Part shown: positions 46,583 to 56,318 of the stretch, piece after piece
Position numbering within the stretch: the first letter of the stretch is position 1
How the letters are laid out: each line of letters starts with the position of its first letter
Virus record (IMG/VR): IMGVR_UViG_3300037492_000170
Location: 58,745 to 122,744 of that record
DNA from: a virus
Taxonomy: Duplodnaviria > Caudoviricetes
Direction: 5' to 3' (one strand)
Length of the DNA: 64,000 nt
The notes under the pieces: generated by a model
What the model was told of the DNA's origin: nothing
The model's input: only the letters and a program-made list of their open reading frames with translations
The model's database searches: none
Position numbers and translations under genes: made by a program

Positions 46583-48494
46583 AGAGTTCCTTAAAGAACT
46601 TGGCATCACGAAATTCACCCATAAAGGAAATTGGGTTAATGCCCACTGCCCACTTGCTAAACATAAGCATGAGAGCGGTAAGGACAGTAGACCGAGTTTT
46701 GGGGTGAGTGTTTCAGAAGAAGAAACCTCAGTGTGGAAGTGTTTCACTTGTAGTCCCTCACCCAGACCTATGTTTTCGTTAATCCAAGACATATGGAGAG
46801 CTACTGGGCATTACCCAAGAGCTGCCTCTTTAGTATTAATGCATGGAGATAACGCAACACATAATGAACCCATTACGTATGAACCACATGATTCGTGGAA
46901 GTCCTACGCGCAAAGACCAACAGATAAACTCCCAGATGATGTAATTGATATATTCCCGCTTCTCTCAAACGATGTATCTAAACCTATAATGGATTATTTA
47001 GTAAACACTAGACGGATAGAGCCCGATGTCATTGAATTGATAGGTGTTAGATGCTGGGTCGATGAAAATCTAATCCTATTCCCTTACACCAATAATCTGG
47101 GAGAGATTACTTTACTGAAGGCTAGAAGTTATAAAGAAAAGAAGATGTTCAACATAACCCCTGAGTATGTGGGGCAACCTTGGTTACGATTCAGGTCTGC
47201 ACAGGCTACAGGGTCTTGGTTAGGACTTCACTTGATTAACTGGCAGGAACCTGTATATATTGTCGAGGGTGAATGTTTTCCACTAGATGCGTCTGTGTTA
47301 ACACCAAATGGTTGGATTTGTTTTGAAGATTATAACGGCGAAAATGTTCTTCAAGTATTTGATGATTTCACTGCTTCTTTTGTAAAACCTACAGCCATCA
47401 TTAAAAAAGATTTTGATGGAGAACTTATTACATATGAAACGAAGGGGTACCTCTCTAAGACAACTCCTGGTCATCTGCTTGTCACCCTTGATACGGAAGG
47501 GAATCTCTGTAAAACAGAAGCACAAAACTATCCTAAACAAGGACACCATGTTCCAAGGGTCGTTCAAGTTGATGGTCCAGGAATTAATCTAACAGATAAT
47601 GAAATTAGATTATGTGTGGCGGTTAGTGCCGATTTCACTATAGATTATAGAAAAGGCACAGGTAGTTGCAAACCTAGAGAAATGAGGTATGCCAGAGGTG
47701 GATTTAAAAAAGAACGCAAGGTGCAAAGAATTTTATGGTTATTAGAAACACTAGGCTTGCATTACTCATGTACTAAACCAAGCAAAAAGAAGTATATATA
47801 TATTAGTTTCTCTATGCCGGATTGGGTTGTAGGTAGGGAGTTTCCACATGAGTGGTTATCACTGGCCACACTACACCAAAGAAACTTGATTTTGGGGGAG
47901 ATGGTATACTGGGACGGGAACTCCGTTAAACACAGAGACCAAACCGAGTATACTTCTATGTCTTATAAAAACATAGTATTTATGCAAACATTAGCCCACA
48001 CATGTGGCAAGATTTCCACTGTTATGCATCGCCGTAACCAATACGGAAGTTGGTATAAAATTTCTATTCTACACGGGAAATCTACAAACTCTACACAATG
48101 TCTACGCAAAAGCTCAGACTATTACAAAGGTAAAGTTTTTTGTGTGTCTGTTCCCTCTGGAATGTTATTAGTTAAACAAAATGATAAAATAACAGTGACA
48201 GGCAACTGTGATATGATGCGATTATTATCATTAGGTCGGTCTAATACCATAGCGGCAGGTACCAGTGGAATATCCCAGGCGCAGCTTGATGCGCTTCATG
48301 GAATAAATTATAGGTTAGGATTTGATGCTGATGATAGTGGGCGCGCTGGTGCTGCCAAAGTCTACAGGATGCTAAGTAACAAAAATATTGTTAGTGTCTT
48401 GGATTGGAGTGTGGCTGGGTGTAAGGACCCAGGAGATATAACCTCAGAAGAACAGATTGTTAATGTGATGGAGCATTTACGGTTATCGCTTTGA
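46563..48494 (+). CDS. dnaG: DNA primase (Zn finger plus TOPRIM) containing an intein
   Basis: HCPL..H...CFTC; VYIVEGE|intein|CD; GFDADDSG; KDPGD. Confidence 0.85.
   Translation: MNLAGAKEFLKELGITKFTHKGNWVNAHCPLAKHKHESGKDSRPSFGVSVSEEETSVWKCFTCSPSPRPMFSLIQDIWRATGHYPRAASLVLMHGDNATHNEPITYEPHDSWKSYAQRPTDKLPDDVIDIFPLLSNDVSKPIMDYLVNTRRIEPDVIELIGVRCWVDENLILFPYTNNLGEITLLKARSYKEKKMFNITPEYVGQPWLRFRSAQATGSWLGLHLINWQEPVYIVEGECFPLDASVLTPNGWICFEDYNGENVLQVFDDFTASFVKPTAIIKKDFDGELITYETKGYLSKTTPGHLLVTLDTEGNLCKTEAQNYPKQGHHVPRVVQVDGPGINLTDNEIRLCVAVSADFTIDYRKGTGSCKPREMRYARGGFKKERKVQRILWLLETLGLHYSCTKPSKKKYIYISFSMPDWVVGREFPHEWLSLATLHQRNLILGEMVYWDGNSVKHRDQTEYTSMSYKNIVFMQTLAHTCGKISTVMHRRNQYGSWYKISILHGKSTNSTQCLRKSSDYYKGKVFCVSVPSGMLLVKQNDKITVTGNCDMMRLLSLGRSNTIAAGTSGISQAQLDALHGINYRLGFDADDSGRAGAAKVYRMLSNKNIVSVLDWSVAGCKDPGDITSEEQIVNVMEHLRLSL
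47274..48206 (+). mobile_element. Intein (311 aa) with a LAGLIDADG-like endonuclease region
   Basis: Starts CFPLDASVLTPNGW; block B TTPGH; ends KVFCVSVPSG...VTGN followed by Cys; LCVAVSADF and LGEMVYWDG boxes. Confidence 0.85.
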
Positions 48495-48685
48495 GACCAG
48501 ATCCGTTATATGAGTATGAAGGAGAGATGATAACAGCATACGACCTTGCTGAGAAATTGTGTTATAGGAAGAAGTATATTGACAGGATGCTTAAAAAGTA
48601 TACTGCCGATGAAGTTGGAGTATTAGTCAAGGCTTTTCACGAGTACCACAGCAAAAATCTCGGATTACTTGACAACGAGGAATAA
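48491..48685 (+). CDS. Small HTH-like protein
   Basis: YEYEGEMITAYDLAEKL resembles the C-terminal module of the HNH-like proteins. Confidence 0.45.
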   Translation: MRPDPLYEYEGEMITAYDLAEKLCYRKKYIDRMLKKYTADEVGVLVKAFHEYHSKNLGLLDNEE

Positions 48686-48697
48686 ATGTGGTATGTT
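48669..48697 (+). promoter_or_regulatory. sigma70-like promoter for the SSB operon
   Basis: TTGACA, 17 nt (TG), TATGTT. Confidence 0.65.
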
Positions 48698-48731
48698 GCA
48701 AGCATAACAAAATGAAGAAGGAGAAGAAACG

Positions 48732-49478
48732 ATGAATTACGCGACTGGGCTTTCTGCTATTCAGAGAGCAAAAGATGAACGGATCAAAACTAACAAAATG
48801 AGGGAGCGGAGTGGTATTAGGAGATACCGACTCAAGAGAGGGGAGCGCGGAGTAATCACATTTATTGATGTGCCTACCGCGGGCGCGTACGAACACTCGA
48901 TTAAGAACAGCAACGGGTTCTATGAGCCAGTGTGGTGTTCTAATAACGAGAATAACGAGGGCGACTGTCCGCATTGCGCGACCGGCGTATCGAGAAGTTA
49001 TGTGCTGGTTGGGACAGTTATTAACCACAACAAGTATCCATCCAAAGACGGCACAAAGGAGTATAAGGACCAGAAACAGTATATTGTGTTGAAGGGTGCT
49101 GGGCAACAGGCTATGCTGGAGTTTCTTGATCCAGAAAGTCCTGAGTACATTAATGTGCAGTTTACTGCCTTTCGTGTTACGCGCCCAGATGAGCAGACAG
49201 CTTGCGCGTGCGGTGAGATTTTCCACCCTAAAGGCAAGATTTCACCTGCTAAGCTTAAGGCACTTGCCCCGGAAGGAACAGACCAGGACGAGTTCATTAA
49301 ACCGCTTGACTACACTGCTATCATTGATACGATAGATGAGTCTACACCTTTTAAATCTGCTGGCATCGGTGCTAATGATGACCCCTTCGATGACTTGAGG
49401 GAGGACGAAGAGGCGGAAGGCACAGATGAAGCTGGAGAGGATGAGAAGGAAGACGAAACTGTGGAGAGCCTTTTCTAA
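48732..49478 (+). CDS. Single-stranded DNA-binding protein (gp32-like)
   Basis: H...C...CPHC Zn site, OB-fold-like pattern, very acidic C-terminal tail. Confidence 0.7.
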   Translation: MNYATGLSAIQRAKDERIKTNKMRERSGIRRYRLKRGERGVITFIDVPTAGAYEHSIKNSNGFYEPVWCSNNENNEGDCPHCATGVSRSYVLVGTVINHNKYPSKDGTKEYKDQKQYIVLKGAGQQAMLEFLDPESPEYINVQFTAFRVTRPDEQTACACGEIFHPKGKISPAKLKALAPEGTDQDEFIKPLDYTAIIDTIDESTPFKSAGIGANDDPFDDLREDEEAEGTDEAGEDEKEDETVESLF

Positions 49479-50849
49479 ATGTTCAACAACCCAATAATAG
49501 TATCTAGTAGCATATTCGTGGATAAAGCAGAACTTGGGCATAAACTGCCAGTATTGCGGGATTCACTTACATTCCGCAGCAAATTCGATGCTTCTGCAGA
49601 AATTCCAATCTATGAAACGACAGATACTATGTTTGGATTCCCCAGACACCACTTCCCACTGACGAATAAACTTGGCAAGAAAATGATTGACAAACGCGCA
49701 GTGGGAAGTCCTATTTCTTTCAAATCCAGGGAGGAATTCAAGCTCTGGGATTACCAAGAACAACTACTTAAAGAATTTAATGCACACACAGATAAAGGAG
49801 GGACAGGATTCTTCTTAGAGGCAGCTCCTGGGTCTGGTAAGACTATCTGTGCTATAAAGTTTATACAATCCCTTGGTAAGACCGCGTTAGTAGTGGTCCC
49901 AAAATCAGACCTAGTTTTACAATGGATAGATAGAATAGTATCGAGTACCGATATTGATCGTATTAGAATAGCGACCGCTCAAAACGGTAAGCTAGATGAT
50001 AATTGGGATAGTGCTTACATAGTTATAGCTCTTGTGCACACATTAGCACTTGATAGATTCGGAGAGGATTTCAAGAACTATTTTGGAACTGTAGTTTTTG
50101 ATGAGGTTGATTCCTCAGTTCCCCCAGCAACATTCGCTCCTGTAGTTGGACTATTCCCGGCAAAATACCGAATTGGGATTACAGCTACCAGGTACAGGAG
50201 CGATGGTCTCCACAAGATATTTGAGGAACATCTTGGACAGATATACTTAAAGGCTACATCAAGTAATACTTTGATGCCATCTGTTACACAGATTCAATAT
50301 AATGCCCCCTCTGGGTATTTGAACCCGGACCTAGAGTTTAAGTTCAGGAGGGGCAAACTTCTAACGCTACTGAGTGATAACAAAGACAGAACTGCACTCA
50401 TAGTAAATCGTATAGCGAGGTTGTATGAAAGCGGCAGACAAATACTTGTGCTATCAGACCGTAAAGAGCAACTGCTATCTATGTGTGAGCAACTTATTGA
50501 AACCCATAATGTTCCAGAAGCTGAAGTTGGATTTTTCATGCGAACTATGGAAGGGAAACAGTTCAAGAAGGATTACACGAAAAATGTATTAGAGAACTGT
50601 AAAATAATCTTAGGAACATTTCCTATGGGTTCCAGGGGCACAGATATCCCAAGATTAGATGCCCTAGTTCTAGCCACACCACAAACCAAGATGCTTCAGA
50701 TATCAGGCAGGATAGAGCGGTTTTTAGATGGTAAGAAGACCCCTGTAATATTAGATGTAGTCGATAATTTTTATGAAGATTTACGTATCTCCGGGTATGC
50801 CAGACTCAAATACTATAAAAGTAGAGGGATGGCAATAACTTATGAATGA
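49479..50849 (+). CDS. SF2 helicase (UvsW/XPB-like)
   Basis: APGSGKT, DEVD, GITAT, RGTDIPRLD, QISGRIER. Confidence 0.9.
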   Translation: MFNNPIIVSSSIFVDKAELGHKLPVLRDSLTFRSKFDASAEIPIYETTDTMFGFPRHHFPLTNKLGKKMIDKRAVGSPISFKSREEFKLWDYQEQLLKEFNAHTDKGGTGFFLEAAPGSGKTICAIKFIQSLGKTALVVVPKSDLVLQWIDRIVSSTDIDRIRIATAQNGKLDDNWDSAYIVIALVHTLALDRFGEDFKNYFGTVVFDEVDSSVPPATFAPVVGLFPAKYRIGITATRYRSDGLHKIFEEHLGQIYLKATSSNTLMPSVTQIQYNAPSGYLNPDLEFKFRRGKLLTLLSDNKDRTALIVNRIARLYESGRQILVLSDRKEQLLSMCEQLIETHNVPEAEVGFFMRTMEGKQFKKDYTKNVLENCKIILGTFPMGSRGTDIPRLDALVLATPQTKMLQISGRIERFLDGKKTPVILDVVDNFYEDLRISGYARLKYYKSRGMAITYE

Positions 50850-50862
50850 GAGAGGTTAAGAA

Positions 50863-51153
50863 ATGGTAAAGAAAATAGAGAAACAAGAAGGTACTGTTAC
50901 GGTATCCAAAACAATACTAAAACAGACAACACAGAAGCAAGAAAAAATAGAGATACGTCCCTTCGTAACTGACACGGCTACCGTCTCTGTGCAGTTAAGC
51001 CGCACATTGAATCTAGGCAACTTTGAGAATGTGAAGCTGGGTGTTCTGATTGCCGTTCCATGTTATATAGAAGAAATGGTAGATGTATTTCACAAAACCG
51101 TCGAAATGACTAAAGAACTCATGAATGAACAACTCGAAAAATTGGAGGCATAA
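50863..51153 (+). CDS. Hypothetical protein
   Basis: RTLNLGNFENVK motif, SD GAGG. Confidence 0.65.
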   Translation: MVKKIEKQEGTVTVSKTILKQTTQKQEKIEIRPFVTDTATVSVQLSRTLNLGNFENVKLGVLIAVPCYIEEMVDVFHKTVEMTKELMNEQLEKLEA

Positions 51154-52250
51154 TGCTCTTAAATGAAGTGGCGGAACAATATAATAAAACATATGGCGAG
51201 AACACCTGTGTTCCAGGTACTCAAATTCTTCCACACATAGATAGACTTCCAACTGGGATATTCTCTCTAGATTTTGCTTTGTGTGGCGGATTACCTATGA
51301 ATCAAATGGTCTGCTTTAGGGGTCCAGAATCTGGAGGTAAAACATCTACTGCTATTAGTACCGCTGCAAATGCAGCTAGAATGTGCTGGAGGTGTATGAA
51401 AATTGAGTGTGAATGCTCGCAGCCCCCCCTTCATATGAAAACTCTCTGGTTGGATGTAGAGGGTTCCTTCGATAAACAATGGGCAACAGATTTAGGGTTA
51501 GATGAAGAAAGTTATGTCATTGCTACCGCTGAAGACTTGGAGCAGTATGTTGATATTGCTACGGCTGCTATACGCGCAGAGGATGTAGGATTGATAGTGG
51601 TAGATTCAGTAGCCGCGTTAGTGCCGTCTAAGATTATGGAAGGCTCATCCTACAGTAACTATATGGGTGTTAATCCTAGAGCAGTAAAGGATTTTGTCAG
51701 AAGGCTTAACCCGGTGCTTATTAGAGAGGGCTTCAAAGGGCACCCTGTCGTAGTGATACTTACAAATCAAGTCATGTTTCTAGTTGGAGAACTGTTCAAG
51801 AATCCAGAGAGTATGCCTGGAGGAGAAGCGTTAAAACACTTCACTTCTTTATGGGTAAGATTCTCTAAGAAGGCACTGACAGACTCTGAAAAGAAACAGA
51901 GAGATGAGAGTAGAAAAGTCTCATTGGTGCAGAGACATTCTTTCACTGTAGAAAGACAAAAGGTTACAATTCTAGCTGGAGGTGGCGAATTTGTAAGGTG
52001 TAAAGAACCCATAAGAGATGAAGAGGGCAACATTGAATTTAGCAGAGGAGAACTATTAGAATACACAACTGTCATAAAACAAGCTAAAACCTATAACCTT
52101 CTTTTACCAGAAGGGGCAAAGTGGCGAATTGGAAGCACAGTCGGTACACAGAAAGAGATAAAGGAGTTTTGGAGAGCTAACCCCGGTGCATACCTTACGG
52201 CTCAGAGGGAAATAATAGAAAAAGCCAAACTGGAGATATTCCATGCCTGA
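51153..52250 (+). CDS. recA: RecA/UvsX-like recombinase with a Cys-rich insertion
   Basis: PTG..SLD..L.GGLP, GPESGGKTS, VDSVAAL, TNQ, PGGEALKH; insert CWRCMKIECEC. Confidence 0.9.
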   Translation: MLLNEVAEQYNKTYGENTCVPGTQILPHIDRLPTGIFSLDFALCGGLPMNQMVCFRGPESGGKTSTAISTAANAARMCWRCMKIECECSQPPLHMKTLWLDVEGSFDKQWATDLGLDEESYVIATAEDLEQYVDIATAAIRAEDVGLIVVDSVAALVPSKIMEGSSYSNYMGVNPRAVKDFVRRLNPVLIREGFKGHPVVVILTNQVMFLVGELFKNPESMPGGEALKHFTSLWVRFSKKALTDSEKKQRDESRKVSLVQRHSFTVERQKVTILAGGGEFVRCKEPIRDEEGNIEFSRGELLEYTTVIKQAKTYNLLLPEGAKWRIGSTVGTQKEIKEFWRANPGAYLTAQREIIEKAKLEIFHA

Positions 52251-52707
52251 TGTTGTTTGTTCTACATGCTCTAAAATGTCTGATGTGGATAATAAAGACT
52301 GGAAGTTGATAGACCCAACATCTGCATACTTCTGCTCTAGCGACTGTCTTCTAAAAGCCATTTACAGAAACAAGCCAAGAGACAGGTTCTTATTTAACAT
52401 GCAGACTATCAGAACCGGTACCTATTACTCAAAAAAACTAAAAACATTCTTTATGTCTAAGTATGAAGAAACTGTAGCATTGTTTTTAGCGGCTCACGAT
52501 ATATGGTATCAATATGAAGCTTATTGGTTCCCTATAGTTAAAACTATTTACATTCCAGATTTCTACCTTCCAGACTATGGGTGTTTTCTTGAGGTTAAAG
52601 GGGCTTATGGTATCGGTTCGAAAAACAAATTAGCTTTATTTAGAATAGCATATCCAGATGAAACATTATTCACAATATCCTGGCACATGAGGCATATGTT
52701 CTCATGA
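52243..52707 (+). CDS. PD-(D/E)XK nuclease (T7 endonuclease I-like) with N-terminal Cys motifs
   Basis: SKYE...YE...YIPDFYL....LEVKG. Confidence 0.75.
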   Translation: MPDVVCSTCSKMSDVDNKDWKLIDPTSAYFCSSDCLLKAIYRNKPRDRFLFNMQTIRTGTYYSKKLKTFFMSKYEETVALFLAAHDIWYQYEAYWFPIVKTIYIPDFYLPDYGCFLEVKGAYGIGSKNKLALFRIAYPDETLFTISWHMRHMFS

Positions 52708-53555
52708 GTCTACTTACAGAACCAACCATGTTAAATAAGCAAGAGCCTTCGTCTAACATACTAAGCATTAACACTGTGCGTAACGTACAAAAGCTTCATT
52801 ATCCAAGAGCCTCTAGTTTATATAGTGCGTGCATTAGGCAACTAGTCATTGGTACTGCTAAGAAACTAGAGAGAACCGAGATAGTGGGCTTTAGTAGACA
52901 ACTCACCTTTGATATTGGTTCTGCGGTTCATAGTTGGATACAAAACAGTGATTCTTATTTTGGTGTTCAGCGAAGGGGAGTGTGGGAATGCACTGCTTGT
53001 GGAAAAGAGAGAATATTTGGAAAGCCCCCCACGCTACCGTGCAAGAGGTGCGGGGCAGATGTGGCGGCATCAAGATACAAGGAAGTCACTTTATTAATGC
53101 ACTCCCCTTATTGCCTAACAGGACATCCTGATTTGTTTATAGAACCTATAGAAGCGCCGGGAAAGATAAGAGTCGTAGAATTGAAAACTATGAACGGTGA
53201 CAAGTTTTCAAAATTACTCACACCATTAGTCGAACATGTCTGGCAGATTCAAACATATATGTGGGCTTGTCATAAAATGGCGTTTGAGATGTCTGTGCGA
53301 ATAGATGATAGCTGTGGCTACATTGCTTATATATCCAAAAAAGAGACGCAGGGTGAACTTCCTATCAAAGTGTTCCCAGTAATGAAAGACGAGCGCATAC
53401 TAACTGAGATAAAAACTAAATTAAGGTTATACGGAAATTCTATGAAAAGTAAGACCTTACCACCACCAGATCACGATTGCGAGAGAACCAAGTACACTAG
53501 CTGGAAAGCTAGAAACTGCCCTTGCGTGAAATTTTGTATCCGGGCTAAAACTTGA
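52704..53555 (+). CDS. Cas4/RecB-like PD-(D/E)XK exonuclease
   Basis: ASSL..C.R, G...H, GHPD, VELKT, QIQTYM, C-terminal Cys cluster. Confidence 0.8.
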   Translation: MSLLTEPTMLNKQEPSSNILSINTVRNVQKLHYPRASSLYSACIRQLVIGTAKKLERTEIVGFSRQLTFDIGSAVHSWIQNSDSYFGVQRRGVWECTACGKERIFGKPPTLPCKRCGADVAASRYKEVTLLMHSPYCLTGHPDLFIEPIEAPGKIRVVELKTMNGDKFSKLLTPLVEHVWQIQTYMWACHKMAFEMSVRIDDSCGYIAYISKKETQGELPIKVFPVMKDERILTEIKTKLRLYGNSMKSKTLPPPDHDCERTKYTSWKARNCPCVKFCIRAKT

Positions 53556-53580
53556 CAAACATAAAAAAGCATGGTATAAT
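53552..53580 (+). promoter_or_regulatory. Consensus sigma70 promoter
   Basis: TTGACA, 17 nt (TG), TATAAT; -35 overlaps the upstream TGA stop. Confidence 0.85.
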
Positions 53581-53616
53581 GACAACTAAGCTAGAGAATT
53601 ACTTGAGGGAGGTTAG

Positions 53617-53991
53617 ATGAGCACTGCCAGATCCAGAATCAGCAAGGGTCGCGCGTTTCAAAAAAGTATTATGCTTTTGATAAAGCAGTGCTTCAATCTA
53701 GACGATGACGATTTACGCAATCCTGTGGGCGCGGAGAATGGACCAGATGTAATCCTCAATAACAAAAAAACCCGTGACCTAGTAGGCTTGACTATAGAGT
53801 GTAAGAACCAGAAGAGTCTTTCAATCTGGAGCGCGTTAGAGCAGACTAAAGACAATCAGAAAAAGTATTATCCAGATACAACGCCAGCGTTAATATTTCA
53901 CCGATCACAGATGGGAAATAGGGATGTCTGGATAACTGTACCTCTTACTCATTATCTTGAGTTAAGACAGAAAATTGACGTGGATTGTTAG
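53617..53991 (+). CDS. Holliday junction resolvase-like PD-(D/E)XK nuclease
   Basis: KGRAFQ, GPDV, IECKNQ, ALEQ, PALIF. Confidence 0.7.
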   Translation: MSTARSRISKGRAFQKSIMLLIKQCFNLDDDDLRNPVGAENGPDVILNNKKTRDLVGLTIECKNQKSLSIWSALEQTKDNQKKYYPDTTPALIFHRSQMGNRDVWITVPLTHYLELRQKIDVDC

Positions 53992-53992
53992 A

Positions 53993-55561
53993 ATGCCTAA
54001 AATAACGGATTATTTGAGGGCAGGGAACCCGTGTTTGTTTTTACCATCTGCAGAGGAGATGTCTGTGGAGGAGACGGTGAAGACTGCACTTAAGGAACTC
54101 GAAGATGAAGGCAAGGAGCCCACCGATTATGCAGTCTGGAGAGTTACAACAGGATTAAGGATATATGCAGCCGGGCATTATGACAGCTTACCCAAAACAG
54201 GACCTAAAGACTTAATCCCGTCGCTGCAAGAGATTGAGAAAAGTATCTCTCCTCTAGTGGCAATATTCTTCAATGTCAGGTTCCATCTTGATAGTCCGGC
54301 TGTTGTGCAGCAGATAGCAGACACTGTTAATAAAGTGCGCTCTACTTTTTCTGCAGTAATACTAGCCGGTCCATATATAGAACTCCCCCCGGAGCTTCAC
54401 GACGTAGTGACCTTCTGTGATTTTCCCCTACCAACACAGAAGCAACTGGAACAACAGTTTACTACTCTAATTAAAGAGTATCTACCCGATTTAACCAACT
54501 TTCCAGCCTCTGCTCCTGAACGCAGAGCTAAAATAAAGAAGGCTGCTATGAACGCAGCCGGACTTACTGCATTAGCTGCCGAGAACGCGTTATCTCTATC
54601 CCTATCAATGACCGGAGGGGTAGATACAAACATAATCCAGCAGCAAAAAGAACAGGATATCCGAAAGAGCGATATCCTTGAATATATATCAACTTCAGAG
54701 TCAATATCCACACTTGGTGGGTTTAGAGCACTGAAGTCATGGCTACAACGAAGGAAGGCTGGGTTTACTGATGAGGCTAGAGAGTTTGGACTATCTTACC
54801 CTAAAGGAATTCTATTGGTAGGAGCCGGGGGAGTTGGTAAGACACTTTGTGGTAAAGTAGCAGCCGCTTATCTGGAGCTTCCATTATTACGGTTAGATAT
54901 GGGACGTGTGTATTCAGCTTATGTTGGGTCCAGTGAGGCGCGTATCAGAAGTGCTTTGAAGATAGCAGAGGCAGTTTCACCATGTCTCTTATTGGTCGAT
55001 GAACTTGAAAAGGGTTTGGCTGGACTTCAGGGTTCAGGAACTTTTGATTCGGGTGTAACGGCTAGAGTTATAGCTACGCTTTTGACATGGAGGCAGGAGA
55101 CAACGAAGCCAGTGTTCCTGGTAGGCACTGTGAACGATCCTTCTAAATTACCACCTATGGTATACCGACGCGGCAGGTTCGATGAGATATGGTCTGTAGG
55201 GCTTCCTGATGCGGAGGAGCGCGTAGAGATACTTGGCATACATCTTACTAAACGAAAACAAGATCCGGCTCTGTTTGATTTGGTTTTTCTTGCTAACAGG
55301 AGCAATGGTTACACCGGGGCAGAACTTGAGTCTTGTATAGAAGATGCGATGTTTACAGCTTTCTCAGGTGGTAAGAGGTTAGAGACAGAGCATATCATGT
55401 ATTCCATTCAAAGCACTAAACCACAGTCTAACATAGACAATGAAGAGGCACAGCAACTAGCCGAGTGGATGCATCAACGCGCTAGATCAGTATCAATGGT
55501 GTCAGATTACAATGTAATGCCGCTACGAAAGGGAGAAAAAGATGTTAAAAACAAAAAATAA
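53993..55561 (+). CDS. AAA+ ATPase (Ycf46-like); ATG 53993 preferred to TTG 53975
   Basis: LRAG.P, GG...LKSWL, PKGILLVGAGGVGKT, DELEK, RRGRFDE. Confidence 0.85.
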   Translation: MPKITDYLRAGNPCLFLPSAEEMSVEETVKTALKELEDEGKEPTDYAVWRVTTGLRIYAAGHYDSLPKTGPKDLIPSLQEIEKSISPLVAIFFNVRFHLDSPAVVQQIADTVNKVRSTFSAVILAGPYIELPPELHDVVTFCDFPLPTQKQLEQQFTTLIKEYLPDLTNFPASAPERRAKIKKAAMNAAGLTALAAENALSLSLSMTGGVDTNIIQQQKEQDIRKSDILEYISTSESISTLGGFRALKSWLQRRKAGFTDEAREFGLSYPKGILLVGAGGVGKTLCGKVAAAYLELPLLRLDMGRVYSAYVGSSEARIRSALKIAEAVSPCLLLVDELEKGLAGLQGSGTFDSGVTARVIATLLTWRQETTKPVFLVGTVNDPSKLPPMVYRRGRFDEIWSVGLPDAEERVEILGIHLTKRKQDPALFDLVFLANRSNGYTGAELESCIEDAMFTAFSGGKRLETEHIMYSIQSTKPQSNIDNEEAQQLAEWMHQRARSVSMVSDYNVMPLRKGEKDVKNKK

Positions 55562-56318
55562 AAACAATCAGCAGAGTTCCGGGGAGGTAGTGGGGGGTGA
55601 GGCTGCACTCAGAGCCGAGATAATCACCATAAAGGATTCCATAGAGTCCGGGTTCCTAGTGCTGGCTCGTGACCTACATGAAGTGTTTATGGCTAAAATG
55701 TTTGTAGGGTGGGGGTTCCCTACATACGAGTCCTATATCAAGACAGAACTTGATTTCTCTTATAGGAAAGCCAAGTTTCTTACAGATATATGGCAGAAAG
55801 TTGAGGAGCTTGGGCTTTCACACGATAAGATAACAAAAATGGGTTGGTCTAAGGCTGTAGAACTCATTAAGGTGCTTACACCAGATAATGCTGACCTTTG
55901 GCTCGAAAAAGCAGGGGGCTTGTCTCTAGCTAAGCTTGAGGCAGCAGTTAAAGACGAACTAAACCGCACAGGTAATGACACGAAGCCTAAAGTGAATATC
56001 ATGACGTTTAAACTTGATGCTGCCGACGCTGGTATAGTTGGTGATGCTCTCACAGAAGCGAAACGGATTCACGACACAGACAATGACGTTTTAGCGTTAT
56101 CTCAGATATGTGGTGAGTGGCTTATATTCAAAGGCAAGACTCCGGTTAGAACTTCCATCGAAGACTACATAGTGTTCCTGGAAAGGTCATTTGGAGTGCG
56201 CCTTGGGGTTGTTAATGCAGCAGAACCAGTGCCTAAGAAAAAGATGGTGAAAAAAGAAGAGCCGGTATTTGACGATTTAGATGATAAAAGTATAGATGAT
56301 TTGCTGAGTGACGATTAA
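55542..56318 (+). CDS. Hypothetical protein, possibly DNA-binding
   Basis: 258 aa, helical, acidic tail. Confidence 0.7.
   Translation: MLKTKNKNNQQSSGEVVGGEAALRAEIITIKDSIESGFLVLARDLHEVFMAKMFVGWGFPTYESYIKTELDFSYRKAKFLTDIWQKVEELGLSHDKITKMGWSKAVELIKVLTPDNADLWLEKAGGLSLAKLEAAVKDELNRTGNDTKPKVNIMTFKLDAADAGIVGDALTEAKRIHDTDNDVLALSQICGEWLIFKGKTPVRTSIEDYIVFLERSFGVRLGVVNAAEPVPKKKMVKKEEPVFDDLDDKSIDDLLSDD

Noticed and set aside
52704-53555. CRISPR-Cas locus around the Cas4-like gene
   Set aside because: No cas1/cas2 or array; solo Cas4-like exonucleases are common in phage recombination modules
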